Source: a virus. Taken from it: a DNA stretch of 64,000 nucleotides. A program made the position numbers and the translations under genes. The notes beneath the pieces are model-generated. The model worked only from the letters and a program-made list of their open reading frames with translations, did not search any database and was not told the DNA's origin. The stretch lies in the IMG/VR virus record IMGVR_UViG_3300025732_000019; one strand, 5' to 3'. Position 1 is the stretch's first letter; every line of letters starts with the position of its first letter. This document shows positions 39,393 to 49,588 of this stretch, one piece after another.

Positions 39393-40862
39393 TTAAGTAT
39401 CCGTAGGCATTTTCAGGCATCGATACCAATCTTCCAACGACATTTCATGCATGGAAAATGGAAAGTGCTCACTGGTGTAATATTGTACACGTTGTTCGGC
39501 ATGTCGGAATGTATGATTGACAGAGGCACCCACACGAAGATCATCCACAAAGTCAATCAATTTGGCATGCGTCTTTCCTTCCGCCAATCGTAATCCACGG
39601 CCAATTGACTGCAACACACGAATCTTAGACTTCGATGGGGATGCGAACACTAAGGCATCCAAATTGGGAATATTCACACCAGTAGACATAGTACCGTATG
39701 ATGCCACAATAATATGATCGCGACCCTCCGTCACCAATTGCCGAATGCGTTCTCGCTCATCAGCCGCAATGTCTCCGGAGATGAAATGCACATTCCGATG
39801 AGATGCTAAGTTGCAAATTGCGGCATGCAACGGTTTTCCGTGTTTTTCCACATAGTTAAAAAGCACCAGCACATTTCCACGCGTGGATGCCGCCAATTGA
39901 GCTACAATCTGAAGACGCACGGGATGCTGTACCAAAAACTCCACTTCATCTTGATAGATTGCTCGACGTAGATTCCGACACTCATCTTTCGGGTATTTGA
40001 GCACACACATTTTCACCTGAAGCGGCGTCAGATGCTGTTGTTCCATGAGTTGTTTGGTAGTCGTGACGCGCACCACATCACCAAACAAACCTTCAAGAAT
40101 CAGTCGATGCGCTTGTGTGTCGTCAAGCGTGCCCGTAAATCCAAAGCGGTTTGCAATTGAGACGCACTTTTCTAGCAAGCCCGTCAGTGACTTGGCCTTC
40201 GCAAGATGCACTTCATCGACAATGATCGTTCCAAACTGTTCAAAGTATTCTGGAGGCATCTCATAGATTGACTGCCATGTTGAAACCACGACAGGTGCAT
40301 TAATGTCTTTCTCACGACCAGCTTGAATGGTTTGAATAAAATCTGCATTGAACCCGTACGACACAAAGTCTGATGCCATCTGCGACACCAGACTTGTGGT
40401 TGGCACCACGATCAAGGTACGCTGTTGCAACAAACACGTGAGCAAGTAAATGATCAATGATTTACCACTGCCAGTAGGAGAAAGAACGATTCCACGTTGT
40501 TGTGTGAGCATCGCGACAATCGCGTCATGTTGATATGAGCGCAGTTCGTGAGGCAGTTTTCGTGCTGCGCGTTCCAGACGCGGTATCAGCGATGACGTAT
40601 CCACTACAGCAGGCGGTATCAGATTGGTAACAGGATATTGACGTTGTGCGGCAAACTCTAAGACACGGGCCAGCAATCCTCGATAGATAAGGTGCCCGCG
40701 AAGTTTGAAGAGGTGAATTTTTCCCGACCAATGCCGTTTACGAAACTGCGGCATGAACTTTGCTGACTGCACATCGAATGCGAAGTAATCATGCAGTTCT
40801 CGTGCTACATGATCGTCGCATTCGATTCGCATCCAGACATGGTCAATAGGCACAAGAGTCAT
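39393..40862 (-). CDS. uvsW: UvsW SF2 helicase
   Basis: SPTGSGKS, DEVH, GFTGT, STGVNI, LQSIGRGLR. Confidence 0.95.
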   Translation of the reverse strand: MTLVPIDHVWMRIECDDHVARELHDYFAFDVQSAKFMPQFRKRHWSGKIHLFKLRGHLIYRGLLARVLEFAAQRQYPVTNLIPPAVVDTSSLIPRLERAARKLPHELRSYQHDAIVAMLTQQRGIVLSPTGSGKSLIIYLLTCLLQQRTLIVVPTTSLVSQMASDFVSYGFNADFIQTIQAGREKDINAPVVVSTWQSIYEMPPEYFEQFGTIIVDEVHLAKAKSLTGLLEKCVSIANRFGFTGTLDDTQAHRLILEGLFGDVVRVTTTKQLMEQQHLTPLQVKMCVLKYPKDECRNLRRAIYQDEVEFLVQHPVRLQIVAQLAASTRGNVLVLFNYVEKHGKPLHAAICNLASHRNVHFISGDIAADERERIRQLVTEGRDHIIVASYGTMSTGVNIPNLDALVFASPSKSKIRVLQSIGRGLRLAEGKTHAKLIDFVDDLRVGASVNHTFRHAEQRVQYYTSEHFPFSMHEMSLEDWYRCLKMPTDT

Positions 40863-40878
40863 GTGCCTATTTAGAGGA

Positions 40879-41316
40879 TTAGAGCACGCCGTTACGGAAA
40901 CGTAAGAAGTCGATGCAGTTTTTCACATGGTAGTTGCGTTGGTTGATTTGCTTCAACACATCTTCAAGAAACTTGAGGATTTCTTCAAGCAGTGCTTTCT
41001 TTTTTAACGCGGTTTGAATATCCGGATCGCCTTCGATATAGACATCCACGTTTTGTGAGAGGATTTTCAGAGGCAGAGGATCCCATCCCAGTCTGACACG
41101 TTCCACATCATCCATCTTGCCTAAAAAGTATTCCCACTTCTGTCGATAGAGTAGTTTGTATTCACTATCGACCATGCGATAGCGCAGACGTTCGTGTGAG
41201 TAATACTTCCACCATTTTGCATGCAGCAACGGCACATTACGCGCCGCTTCATCAAGGGCAGATAAGTCGAGATCCGCATCATTCCGCCATTCATTCAAAT
41301 AGTCATCAAGCGTCAT
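40879..41316 (-). CDS. uvsY: UvsY recombination mediator
   Basis: P.LH.KW...KWEY..GK...I..R...KN.IDF.RF; gene order. Confidence 0.88.
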   Translation of the reverse strand: MTLDDYLNEWRNDADLDLSALDEAARNVPLLHAKWWKYYSHERLRYRMVDSEYKLLYRQKWEYFLGKMDDVERVRLGWDPLPLKILSQNVDVYIEGDPDIQTALKKKALLEEILKFLEDVLKQINQRNYHVKNCIDFLRFRNGVL

Positions 41317-41336
41317 GCGGATATGATACTACATGT

Positions 41337-41906
41337 TTACTCTGTATGCAAGCGAATATCGAAATTGGAACATGCAAAAGAGCATGTTGTCGTGAGCAAC
41401 GGCGGTTCACTGTCGGTGGTTTCAAATGAGACGGCCGATAACTCAAAGGGGAAAATGTCATCATAATGAATTTCGGCAATGATCGCACTCGTATCTGGCG
41501 TCAGCACCTGTAGTGTGGCATGTGTTTTTTCCAGCATGATCGCTTTCGGTCGTACTGCTCCTACTAATGATTCTTGCTTGGCGCGAAACTGTACAACTTC
41601 TTCAAACGAATGCGGAAATCCGTATCCCTTCATCCAATAGTACAGACTGAAGTAGTTCTTGAAATGTGCATCGATGATATACTTGACTTCAAATGTGCTG
41701 TAGGAGAGATGATCGCCCGTATGGTGTACGGTGGAGAAGGGGTTGTGTTGCAACACCATACCTGACGTCACACTAGGCAATTGCACTGACTGGATGAAAA
41801 ACGACAAGTCTGGCAGTCTATCAATCGTGAACCGAAAGTGATTGCCGTAGAGGCCGTTTGTGGCCTGCTGAAAGAGTGACGGCGTGTAGTCTTGTGGAAG
41901 TTCCAT
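41337..41906 (-). CDS. gp3: tail completion/terminator protein (gp3)
   Basis: F.F.I.RLP..SFF.Q...LP, D.....NY....WM, D.FP..LS; gene order. Confidence 0.8.
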   Translation of the reverse strand: MELPQDYTPSLFQQATNGLYGNHFRFTIDRLPDLSFFIQSVQLPSVTSGMVLQHNPFSTVHHTGDHLSYSTFEVKYIIDAHFKNYFSLYYWMKGYGFPHSFEEVVQFRAKQESLVGAVRPKAIMLEKTHATLQVLTPDTSAIIAEIHYDDIFPFELSAVSFETTDSEPPLLTTTCSFACSNFDIRLHTE

Positions 41907-41984
41907 ATCAAGTATTTAGGAGTGCGTTGGCGAACAAAATAAACGGATTGTGTTACTGAAAGGTAAAGGTATCTAAATACATGC

Positions 41985-42725
41985 ATGGATTACACACGCA
42001 TTTACCATCAAATTGTAGAACGAGCAAAGACACGCGTGCTTCAAGGATACCACGAGAAGCATCATATTGTGCCAAAAGCTTTGGGAGGCACCGACGATGC
42101 GAATAATCTTGTCTGTCTCACACCCAAAGAACATTTTGTGTGTCATTTGTGTTTGGTGCGCATGTCTACTGGAGTAGCAAAAGCGCGTATGTCACTTGCC
42201 GCCAAACGACTGATTGACAGCCGCAATCCTGCATACGCACATGTGCGAATAACAGGTCGTCTCTATGCGTCTTTACGCGAAACTATTGCGGCAGAGACGA
42301 GAGTGCGCATGTCTGCGGTCAATAAGGGAGTACCTAAAAGTGCGGAATGGAAACGGCAGATGTCGGAGCGAATGAAGGGAAATTCACACGCAAAAGGAAC
42401 AAAACACACTCCTCGTTCAGAAAAAACGCGAGAACTTCTTAGTCAGCGTGCAAAAGAACGGGCCGCAAATGGGCGACATCCGATGGCTGGGCGTTCACAT
42501 TCGAAAGAAACTCGGGAAAAAATATCTCAGGCGAAACGTGGAAAGAAGATGAAGCCTGAACATGTAGAGGCGATGAGGCAACGAATGACTGGAAAAAAAC
42601 GAGGTGTGTATCGGGATGTTCACGTAACCTGCCATCCAGAACGACCGCATTTAGCTAAAGGATTATGTAGTGCATGTTATTGGAAAACATGGAGGAAAAA
42701 GAAAACCGCCGTGGAGTCTGAATAA
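41985..42725 (+). mobile_element. HNH homing endonuclease with NUMOD3-type repeats
   Basis: EKHHIVPK.LGG.D...NLV.LT.KEHF..H; HSKETREKIS repeats; antisense insertion between gp3 and gp23. Confidence 0.85.
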
Positions 42726-42737
42726 ACTCCACGGCGG
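42696..42737 (-). terminator. terminator after gp23
   Basis: CCGCCGTGGAG-loop-CTCCACGGCGG followed by TTTTCTTTTT. Confidence 0.8.
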
Positions 42738-42775
42738 CCATGTTACGCGTACACTATCAAAGTGTACACTTTTTA

Positions 42776-44095
42776 CTACATTAGATTTCTTACGTTGACC
42801 AGCCGATAGTACTGATTCGAACGTGACACAATCGAACCATCCGAAGTGCCGTCAGCGTTGCTGAACGGATTCGCAACCACGCCGTAGCGGGTCTGGAAGC
42901 CGATCTTCGGCTGGAAGCTGTTCGGATCCTGTGCGCGGAGCATCTGCAGCGGCACGTACGGGCAGTAGAACAAACCTGCATCATACGGGCTGTTACCGCG
43001 ATAGCCCACCACGAAGTGCTGAGCATCGTTCACAGGTGCGTACGGATCGATGTAGACCTTGTAGCGACCCTGCAGAGTACCGACATAGGTCGAACCCGTG
43101 TCGTCCACCGACAGCTTGGCGTCATACGCACTGTCGTAGCTCAGGAAATCCGCAGCAGCGAGGGCACTCGCGACGTCTGACGAGCAGAGCACGATGTTAC
43201 CCTTGCCACGACGGGTGGCCTTTGCGATTGCGTTGGCATCGCGCTCGATCTGGAAGAACAGACCCTTGAACCGCTCAACCATCCAGCGGCCATCCGAATC
43301 CGTATCGAGGTCGAACACGCCCGCGGTCGCAACGTTGTTGTTTGCGCCAGCAACGGCACCGAAGTAGATCGTGCGGATGATCTCACGGTTGATTTCCGCG
43401 AGGATTTCCGCCGATAGAATGTTCGCAAGCTCAGTCTCAGCATCCAGACCATGAACCGCCTTCAGATCCTGAGCGATTTCGATGGTGTATTCTGCCTTCA
43501 GCTTACGGGTCTTTGCAGTCACCGTCACCTTGTCGATGGAGAATGCCATCTCGGGGATTGCGGTGTTGCCTGAGGTACCAAGACCTTCACCCACGAGCGT
43601 TGACATACCACCGGCGTAGGTATAGTTGGTGCTGTTCGACAGCGCCGACGAGTTACCTGACGGCAGTGTGCCTGTCTGTGATGCAGGGCTACCGAGGCCT
43701 GCTGACGCGAACGCAGTGTTCGCCTCATAGAACAGAGCTTCATCGCCACCCTGTGACGAGTACTTCGACTTCATTGCGAAGATCAGACCCGTCGGGCCCG
43801 TCATCGGCTGCACGCCGCACAGATCGTACGCGATCAGATTCGGCATTGCACGGCGAATCAGGGAGATCAGGATCGGATCAAAACCCTTAAGGTTCGTCGC
43901 ACTCGGAAACGCACCCGACTGGTTCGCGGGAGCATCTTCGTTGATCTGCTGAGCCTTCGCCATTTCGCGGGCGGTGTTCTCCAGCATCATCGTGGTGACC
44001 TTCTTCTTCCACGACTCCTTGATTTCGGGCAGATCGGGGTGATTGATCACCTTCGACCACTTGTTCTTAACGTCTTCTGACAGAAAATCGGCCAT
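42776..44095 (-). CDS. gp23: major capsid protein (gp23)
   Basis: LIRRAMPNLIAYD.CGVQPMTGPTGLIFAM, AQDLKAVHGLDAE.EL, YCPYVPL, FQPKIGF.TRYG. Confidence 0.98.
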   Translation of the reverse strand: MADFLSEDVKNKWSKVINHPDLPEIKESWKKKVTTMMLENTAREMAKAQQINEDAPANQSGAFPSATNLKGFDPILISLIRRAMPNLIAYDLCGVQPMTGPTGLIFAMKSKYSSQGGDEALFYEANTAFASAGLGSPASQTGTLPSGNSSALSNSTNYTYAGGMSTLVGEGLGTSGNTAIPEMAFSIDKVTVTAKTRKLKAEYTIEIAQDLKAVHGLDAETELANILSAEILAEINREIIRTIYFGAVAGANNNVATAGVFDLDTDSDGRWMVERFKGLFFQIERDANAIAKATRRGKGNIVLCSSDVASALAAADFLSYDSAYDAKLSVDDTGSTYVGTLQGRYKVYIDPYAPVNDAQHFVVGYRGNSPYDAGLFYCPYVPLQMLRAQDPNSFQPKIGFQTRYGVVANPFSNADGTSDGSIVSRSNQYYRLVNVRNLM

Positions 44096-44140
44096 TGTAG
44101 TTAACTCCTAAAAAGCGTGTCTATGACATCGCGTGAAAAC

Positions 44141-44147
44141 TATTTAG
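44141..44147 (-). promoter_or_regulatory. late promoter for gp23
   Basis: TTTTACTAAATA, shared with the gp22 promoter. Confidence 0.75.
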
Positions 44148-44160
44148 TAAAATCCAACTG

Positions 44161-45429
44161 TTACCAGTTTGACTTCACCTGACGAGAGATCGCGTCTGCC
44201 ACCGCATCCGCTTCGCTCTTCACCTTGGTAGTATTCTCACTAACCACCTGCACATTTTCCTCAGGCAGTCGGTCCATCTTTGTTTCCTTTGCACCGAAGT
44301 AACTTTCCTTCAACATCCCCAACTTCTCACGGAAGTCTTTCGCATCCACATAATCAGTGTTTTCAGCGAGCTTAGCCAGCTTCGCCGCTTGTGTTTCACT
44401 CATATTACGAGCAAACTCCGCAACAATACGCTTCTTGTTTGCGGCTTCTGCCAACCGACGCAACTTCAAGTTCTTCGTGTGTTCTTCGTTCAGCTTTGTT
44501 TCCAGAGCTTCAACACGCGAAGTCAACGTCTCGACCACATCAACCTTGCTTTCCGGCACGTCAATGTAGCTTTCCTTGAACAGTGACTGAAGACCATTCA
44601 AGAAATTTTCCGCGAGTTCTGTACGCAGGTTCTTGCGCACGTTCACGCGATTCTCTTCCATCCACGTCTCGACCACCACCGACAGGTAGGTGTTCAGACG
44701 ATCCGTGAGCTTCTGTTCCGCAACCGCGAGCTTCTGCGAGTAGCGAGCCTTGTAGTGCTCGTTCAACTTCGTGCTCACCTGCTTGGTGGTATCCTTGATG
44801 GCGCTCTCGAAGATTGCGGCCACGCGCTTTTGCTGTGACGCATCGAATCCGGCGCTCTCGAAGATGTTTGCTTTTGGCATCTTGACGCGAATGGAGACTG
44901 ACTCTTCGACCTTCTTCTCGTCGTCGTCTTCCTCGTCCATCTTCTTCTCGTCGTCGGCTTCCTCATCCATCTTCTTCTCGTCGTCAGCATCCGCATCCGC
45001 ACTCTCGTGCACGTCGTCTGCCTTCTTCTCGTCGTCGGCCTCTTCAGCGATCTTCTTTTCGTCGTCGTCGGCTTCTTCGTCGACCTTCACGTCAACTTTC
45101 GCCGGCTCGTCTTCCATCGCTTCGTCGAGCGCCTTGTCGAGATCGTCAACCTCTTCGGCCTTGACCTCGTCGTCGCCAAACGCCACTTCCACTTCCTTCT
45201 CGTCGTCTTCCACAACGCCCTTCAGGTGTGAAGGCTCTGCGGCCACTGAACGTGGAATGGATGTATCCTGCCCTTTGACACCCTTCGCGGCGTCAATCTT
45301 AGCAGCATTGGGTTCTGTCTCAGGTGTTGTGCCGCCCAGATCGTCGAACGACGCGCCACCAAGATGTGACGGCTCTTGATTGCGATGCTGCAACTGAGCC
45401 GCTGAAACGGGATTGACTAACTCGCTCAT
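44161..45429 (-). CDS. gp22: prohead core scaffold (gp22)
   Basis: IFESA, YL..VVE.WMEEN, ESYIDVPE, KESYF; DDEKK acidic repeats. Confidence 0.9.
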   Translation of the reverse strand: MSELVNPVSAAQLQHRNQEPSHLGGASFDDLGGTTPETEPNAAKIDAAKGVKGQDTSIPRSVAAEPSHLKGVVEDDEKEVEVAFGDDEVKAEEVDDLDKALDEAMEDEPAKVDVKVDEEADDDEKKIAEEADDEKKADDVHESADADADDEKKMDEEADDEKKMDEEDDDEKKVEESVSIRVKMPKANIFESAGFDASQQKRVAAIFESAIKDTTKQVSTKLNEHYKARYSQKLAVAEQKLTDRLNTYLSVVVETWMEENRVNVRKNLRTELAENFLNGLQSLFKESYIDVPESKVDVVETLTSRVEALETKLNEEHTKNLKLRRLAEAANKKRIVAEFARNMSETQAAKLAKLAENTDYVDAKDFREKLGMLKESYFGAKETKMDRLPEENVQVVSENTTKVKSEADAVADAISRQVKSNW

Positions 45430-45478
45430 TGGGTATCTCCTCTAACTGTTCTGTGGAATTCAAATGAACCACAGATTT

Positions 45479-45485
45479 TATTTAG
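45479..45485 (-). promoter_or_regulatory. late promoter for gp22
   Basis: CTAAATA. Confidence 0.7.
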
Positions 45486-45497
45486 TAAAACGCAGTT

Positions 45498-46175
45498 CTA
45501 TGAAATAGTTGTACCTTGACGTAATGCCTTCATAAACGATTCGAACACCGCACTTTCAATGTGCTTGCGCTGCGGCACCGTTTTCACCGAGGCGGCATGC
45601 AACTGCCGCTCTAACCGTTCAACGGCTGCCGGTGAGAGCACGCCGTTATCCCACACCCATTCACGCTGTTCACGTAAACCGTGTACAAACGCTTCAGGAG
45701 CACTTGGGTCTGCAACGATGTCTGCTGCGGTAGCGAGATAGAAGTCTTCTCCTACGACCGCTGCGTCGTCATTATCGTGCAATGACCCGACACCGCGTGA
45801 CGACACACCAAACTTGACACCTTCGTCGATGAACGACTTGACGATTTTGCCGTATGGGGTATCCATGATCTTCGCACGCCCAACGAAATCGGTGCCGTTT
45901 GGCACCAACTTGGTGATCATGTGCGACACTCGATCCAGATTGATGTGTGGAGAATCAGGATGCCCCAACTCGCCAAGTGCACGATTCTGCTGCACGTATT
46001 CGCGGTTATAGCGTTCGACTTCACGCTCTAGCACCGCATAGGGATAAATGCGACCGTTGCGATTTTTGACTTCTGACTGAAGAAAAACGCCTTCAATCTG
46101 ATAGTTTTTCGAACCGTTGTCGACCGCTTCAATCAGCGGGGTGACACGTTCGAACACTTCGGTAATGAATTTCAT
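45498..46175 (-). CDS. gp21: prohead protease (gp21)
   Basis: IEGVFLQ...NRNGR.Y, GELGHP, GVSSRG.GS, DIVADPSAP. Confidence 0.96.
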   Translation of the reverse strand: MKFITEVFERVTPLIEAVDNGSKNYQIEGVFLQSEVKNRNGRIYPYAVLEREVERYNREYVQQNRALGELGHPDSPHINLDRVSHMITKLVPNGTDFVGRAKIMDTPYGKIVKSFIDEGVKFGVSSRGVGSLHDNDDAAVVGEDFYLATAADIVADPSAPEAFVHGLREQREWVWDNGVLSPAAVERLERQLHAASVKTVPQRKHIESAVFESFMKALRQGTTIS

Positions 46176-46202
46176 GAGTGTTTTCCTAGAAAAAGAAAAT
46201 CG

Positions 46203-46511
46203 TTACTTCTTCCACGACTCATCTTTGGCTTGATATCCCGCATCAACCGACTTAAAGAATTCGTTTTTCTTGTCATCCGGAATATCCGCAGGCGAGTCAT
46301 AGCCGTGCTTCTTCAGCATGCCACGAAAGTATTCTTGATACTTGATGTCATCGGCTGAAGCCGATGCATCGGCTTCTTCCTTGAAAATCGTCTGACGTTC
46401 TGATGCCAAACGATCCGCAACCTTCTGCTGCATAATCTCTGCAAACACTTGATTTGCGTTCGACCACGAGGCCGACTTGACGTTCTGAATGAGTTGTGAA
46501 AGTGAATTCAT
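46203..46511 (-). CDS. prohead core protein (gp67/68 region)
   Basis: Position between gp20 and gp21; YQEYF...LKK.G..SPAD. Confidence 0.6.
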   Translation of the reverse strand: MNSLSQLIQNVKSASWSNANQVFAEIMQQKVADRLASERQTIFKEEADASASADDIKYQEYFRGMLKKHGYDSPADIPDDKKNEFFKSVDAGYQAKDESWKK

Positions 46512-46524
46512 GATGCTTCCTCTA

Positions 46525-47211
46525 TTAGTATCCGGGTACGGCAACAAATCCCGCAGTCTTGCGGAATTCCGTGATCACGGTGTATGACAGTGCTGTACCT
46601 AATGTACCATCGTTATATGTGCTGATGTAAAAATTTCCAGTCGGGTTGAGCACGGGATTATCGAGTTGTGCAGGTAGCGCATTCTTGCCAAAATATCCGG
46701 AACCGGATAAGAGCATTGACGGAGCAACATACGCAGTTGAGTTCGCATAGGCGCCACCGAACCCTAATTCTACCGTCATACCCGCACTGATGGAATACCA
46801 CACACTTGTGATATCCAAGTTTCTTGCTGGCGTGACAAATGCGCTCGAACTCTTGGAATTACAGGTGCCCAATGTAGTATTGCCAAACGTAAACGTCAGC
46901 ACTTCATTATCCGCAAATGCGGTGTTTCCTGTCAGGGCAGTGATTACTGCGGTGTTGACGGCTTTGTTCCATTCCGATACGATTGCATGCGCATTGCTGG
47001 TGGTACCCACAACAACGGCACCGGGTTGAACATACACATTGCTGTTTGCGACCACCAATGAATATGCCCGAGCCGCAAGAGTAGACACATTGATCTTTAG
47101 TGAATCCGTCTCGTTCGCCCCGTTACTGGTGTAATACAAAAAACGAGCGACGAGTCGTGACGACGTGTCGATGAGAATTTGAACGTTTGCGGTTCCTGAT
47201 GAGATGGCCAT
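46525..47211 (-). CDS. virion protein
   Basis: Late promoter at 47221; beta-rich. Confidence 0.6.
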   Translation of the reverse strand: MAISSGTANVQILIDTSSRLVARFLYYTSNGANETDSLKINVSTLAARAYSLVVANSNVYVQPGAVVVGTTSNAHAIVSEWNKAVNTAVITALTGNTAFADNEVLTFTFGNTTLGTCNSKSSSAFVTPARNLDITSVWYSISAGMTVELGFGGAYANSTAYVAPSMLLSGSGYFGKNALPAQLDNPVLNPTGNFYISTYNDGTLGTALSYTVITEFRKTAGFVAVPGY

Positions 47212-47219
47212 AGTTGGTA

Positions 47220-48902
47220 TTATTTAGTATTTGCAGTCGTCTTCGATGCTGGAGGTACAACATCCGATTTCGCTGCCGGGTTAATCTGTACCGTATTGTC
47301 GCGAGTTTCCGAACTGCTATCGGTATCGCGCAATGTGGCATCCGCTTCACGATCAAATGATGACGCTTCTGACGACTCATCTGCCATATCCGCTTGCATA
47401 GAGGATAGATCATCATCCGTCAGTTTGAACACTTCACGCTGAATGTATTGCTGTGAGAAGTACTTGCCGACAAAAGGTTCCAGTGACGTGGCGAGATTCA
47501 CGCGAGCCGTCATGATTTCGTTTTCTTTGAGTTCTTCGAAATACATATCTTGCTGCCACTTGTAGCGAATCTGATCCTTAATTTTGTGCCACTCCGCTTC
47601 AGTCATGACCTTTTTCAGTCGCAATTGTTTTTCAAGTAGTTGATCAAACAAGTACTGAAATTGGGTTTGTAGACGGTGTACGAACTTACTAAACCGCAAT
47701 TCGTCGCGAGTGATTTCTGTTGCGCGGCCCAGTTGAAACCCTTGACCGAATTCCGTACGCGTCGGAGGCAATCCCAAAGCGCGGTACAACTTCTTGCGGA
47801 AGTAATCGACATCTTCCATCTGCGATAGATTCTGCCCTGCAGGTAGCGTCTGTATTTCGGTACCCTTTCCGCCTTCGCGTCGTGGCAACCAAAAGTCTTC
47901 CAGCATCGACATGAACTTGCGGTCGTCGCGAATTTCACCTGTGCCCACATCATAGACCAGCTTATTACGATACCGCTGCATTATGTCGTACAGATATTGT
48001 TCCGCTTTTTGCTTGGGAAGATTACCCACGTCAATGTAGAACACACGACGTTCTGGTGCACGGGAGACGCGATACACCACGCATGAGTCTTCAATCATGC
48101 GTAGGAGATTGAGCGGCTTGATCGCCTTATGCAACCATGAGAGCACGGTCTTCTTATTGGCGTCGTACAGGCCTGACGGGCAAAACGCTATCGAATCGGT
48201 AGTGATACGAATGCCGTTATAATTCAGTAATGCCGCTGTGGGATTTGTGGAACCAGAAATGTTCGAGGGTGCCACAAACCCCATTGGGTTGTAGACGAAG
48301 TACTCGCGTACAACTTCTACGATATCAAACTGTCCTTGCTGATGACGCTTGCGCGCCACTTCACGCACTTTTCGAATCGTGCGCGGATCGACAAGGCGTA
48401 GTTCTTGAATACCGTCTTGGGGATTCTTTTCGTCGATGACGCAGTGCATATAGAGACGGCCATCCACATACCACTGACGCACAATGCTGTATGCATCGCG
48501 GTGGAAGTTCAACATCTTGAGAATGTTGTTAAATTCTGCGTGTAGACGGGCTTCGAATTCTTCTCCCAAATCCACATAATCCAAATTCAGTGAAACGGGA
48601 ATGCGATCCGCATCCTGCACTACAAGTTCATTGACGATTTGATCGACAGCTTCATCAACTTCAGCCACAATCTGCATTTCTCGATAGCGGTTGATGAGTT
48701 GAAAGTCATCAACAACCGTGCCATCAAGATCGAGATAGTATCCAAAGTAGCCACCAGCAGTGCCAAATTGCACATTGAGCGCGCCATCTTGATTATCCGG
48801 TGGAACAAAGCTAACGGTATTCGAGGTTGGGGCGACTAATGATGCAGTTGGGGCCGACGACTTACGATTGAAATCAAATTCAAAGCCAAATAAACGTGGC
48901 AT
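47220..48902 (-). CDS. gp20: portal protein (gp20)
   Basis: WYVDGR, IED..V.YR..RAPERRVFYIDVGNLPK.KAEQY, EDFWLPRREGG.GTEI. Confidence 0.97.
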   Translation of the reverse strand: MPRLFGFEFDFNRKSSAPTASLVAPTSNTVSFVPPDNQDGALNVQFGTAGGYFGYYLDLDGTVVDDFQLINRYREMQIVAEVDEAVDQIVNELVVQDADRIPVSLNLDYVDLGEEFEARLHAEFNNILKMLNFHRDAYSIVRQWYVDGRLYMHCVIDEKNPQDGIQELRLVDPRTIRKVREVARKRHQQGQFDIVEVVREYFVYNPMGFVAPSNISGSTNPTAALLNYNGIRITTDSIAFCPSGLYDANKKTVLSWLHKAIKPLNLLRMIEDSCVVYRVSRAPERRVFYIDVGNLPKQKAEQYLYDIMQRYRNKLVYDVGTGEIRDDRKFMSMLEDFWLPRREGGKGTEIQTLPAGQNLSQMEDVDYFRKKLYRALGLPPTRTEFGQGFQLGRATEITRDELRFSKFVHRLQTQFQYLFDQLLEKQLRLKKVMTEAEWHKIKDQIRYKWQQDMYFEELKENEIMTARVNLATSLEPFVGKYFSQQYIQREVFKLTDDDLSSMQADMADESSEASSFDREADATLRDTDSSSETRDNTVQINPAAKSDVVPPASKTTANTK

Positions 48903-48915
48903 GTAATCACCTTCT

Positions 48916-48941
48916 GAGAGGTACCCCGAAGGGTACCTCTC
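48916..48941 (-). other. 11-bp CUUCGG-capped hairpin between gp19 and gp20
   Basis: GAGAGGTACCC-TTCG-GGGTACCTCTC; no U tract. Confidence 0.7.
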
Positions 48942-48956
48942 GAATATTATCTCTAC

Positions 48957-49547
48957 TTATCCGACGGTAACGTCGACCGTCAGAGTCGGGTTATCGCGTG
49001 TTGGAATCTGACCCGACACTTCCCACCACTGATAGGTGAACTCGCACGTATACGTTTCAATGGAATCATTCGTGCTCCAATCCAGACTAATCGTGCCCAG
49101 ATTGTTAGGAAACGCACCAATGAAGTTGTAGGTACGAAGACGGTTGCCTTCACGACCGAACTGCGTCAGCGACAGATCGCTCACAAAGTTACCTGACTGA
49201 ATGCCGCCACGATACTGCGACGTGGCGGAACGATGCCCTGACATACGATCCATCCACTCTTCGAGTGCCTTACGAATCGCAAAATTCTCATCGTTCATCA
49301 CCGTCACACTCAGCGTCGCAAACGTGCGGTCGCCGAGATAGTTCAGCTTCCGACCAAAATACGAAACGGGAACCGTTCCAATGGTCGAAGCTGGAATTTC
49401 CGACACGCTGACCATGAATCGCGATAGCTGTTCCGCGAGACGGCCAGTCGAAACGCTTGCAGGCCAACGAAGTTCCATCTCAAAGAGCGAGGGACGGGCA
49501 CCGCCGTTGATGAGCGTATTGCGAAACTGATCGAGATTGAATGCCAT
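48957..49547 (-). CDS. gp19: tail tube protein (gp19)
   Basis: GGARPSLFE, GDRTF, NDE.F..R...E.W, FP....I.LDW. Confidence 0.95.
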   Translation of the reverse strand: MAFNLDQFRNTLINGGARPSLFEMELRWPASVSTGRLAEQLSRFMVSVSEIPASTIGTVPVSYFGRKLNYLGDRTFATLSVTVMNDENFAIRKALEEWMDRMSGHRSATSQYRGGIQSGNFVSDLSLTQFGREGNRLRTYNFIGAFPNNLGTISLDWSTNDSIETYTCEFTYQWWEVSGQIPTRDNPTLTVDVTVG

Positions 49548-49588
49548 AACTTGTTATACTCCTTGGCTGTGGAATGCGGTGTAAGTAC

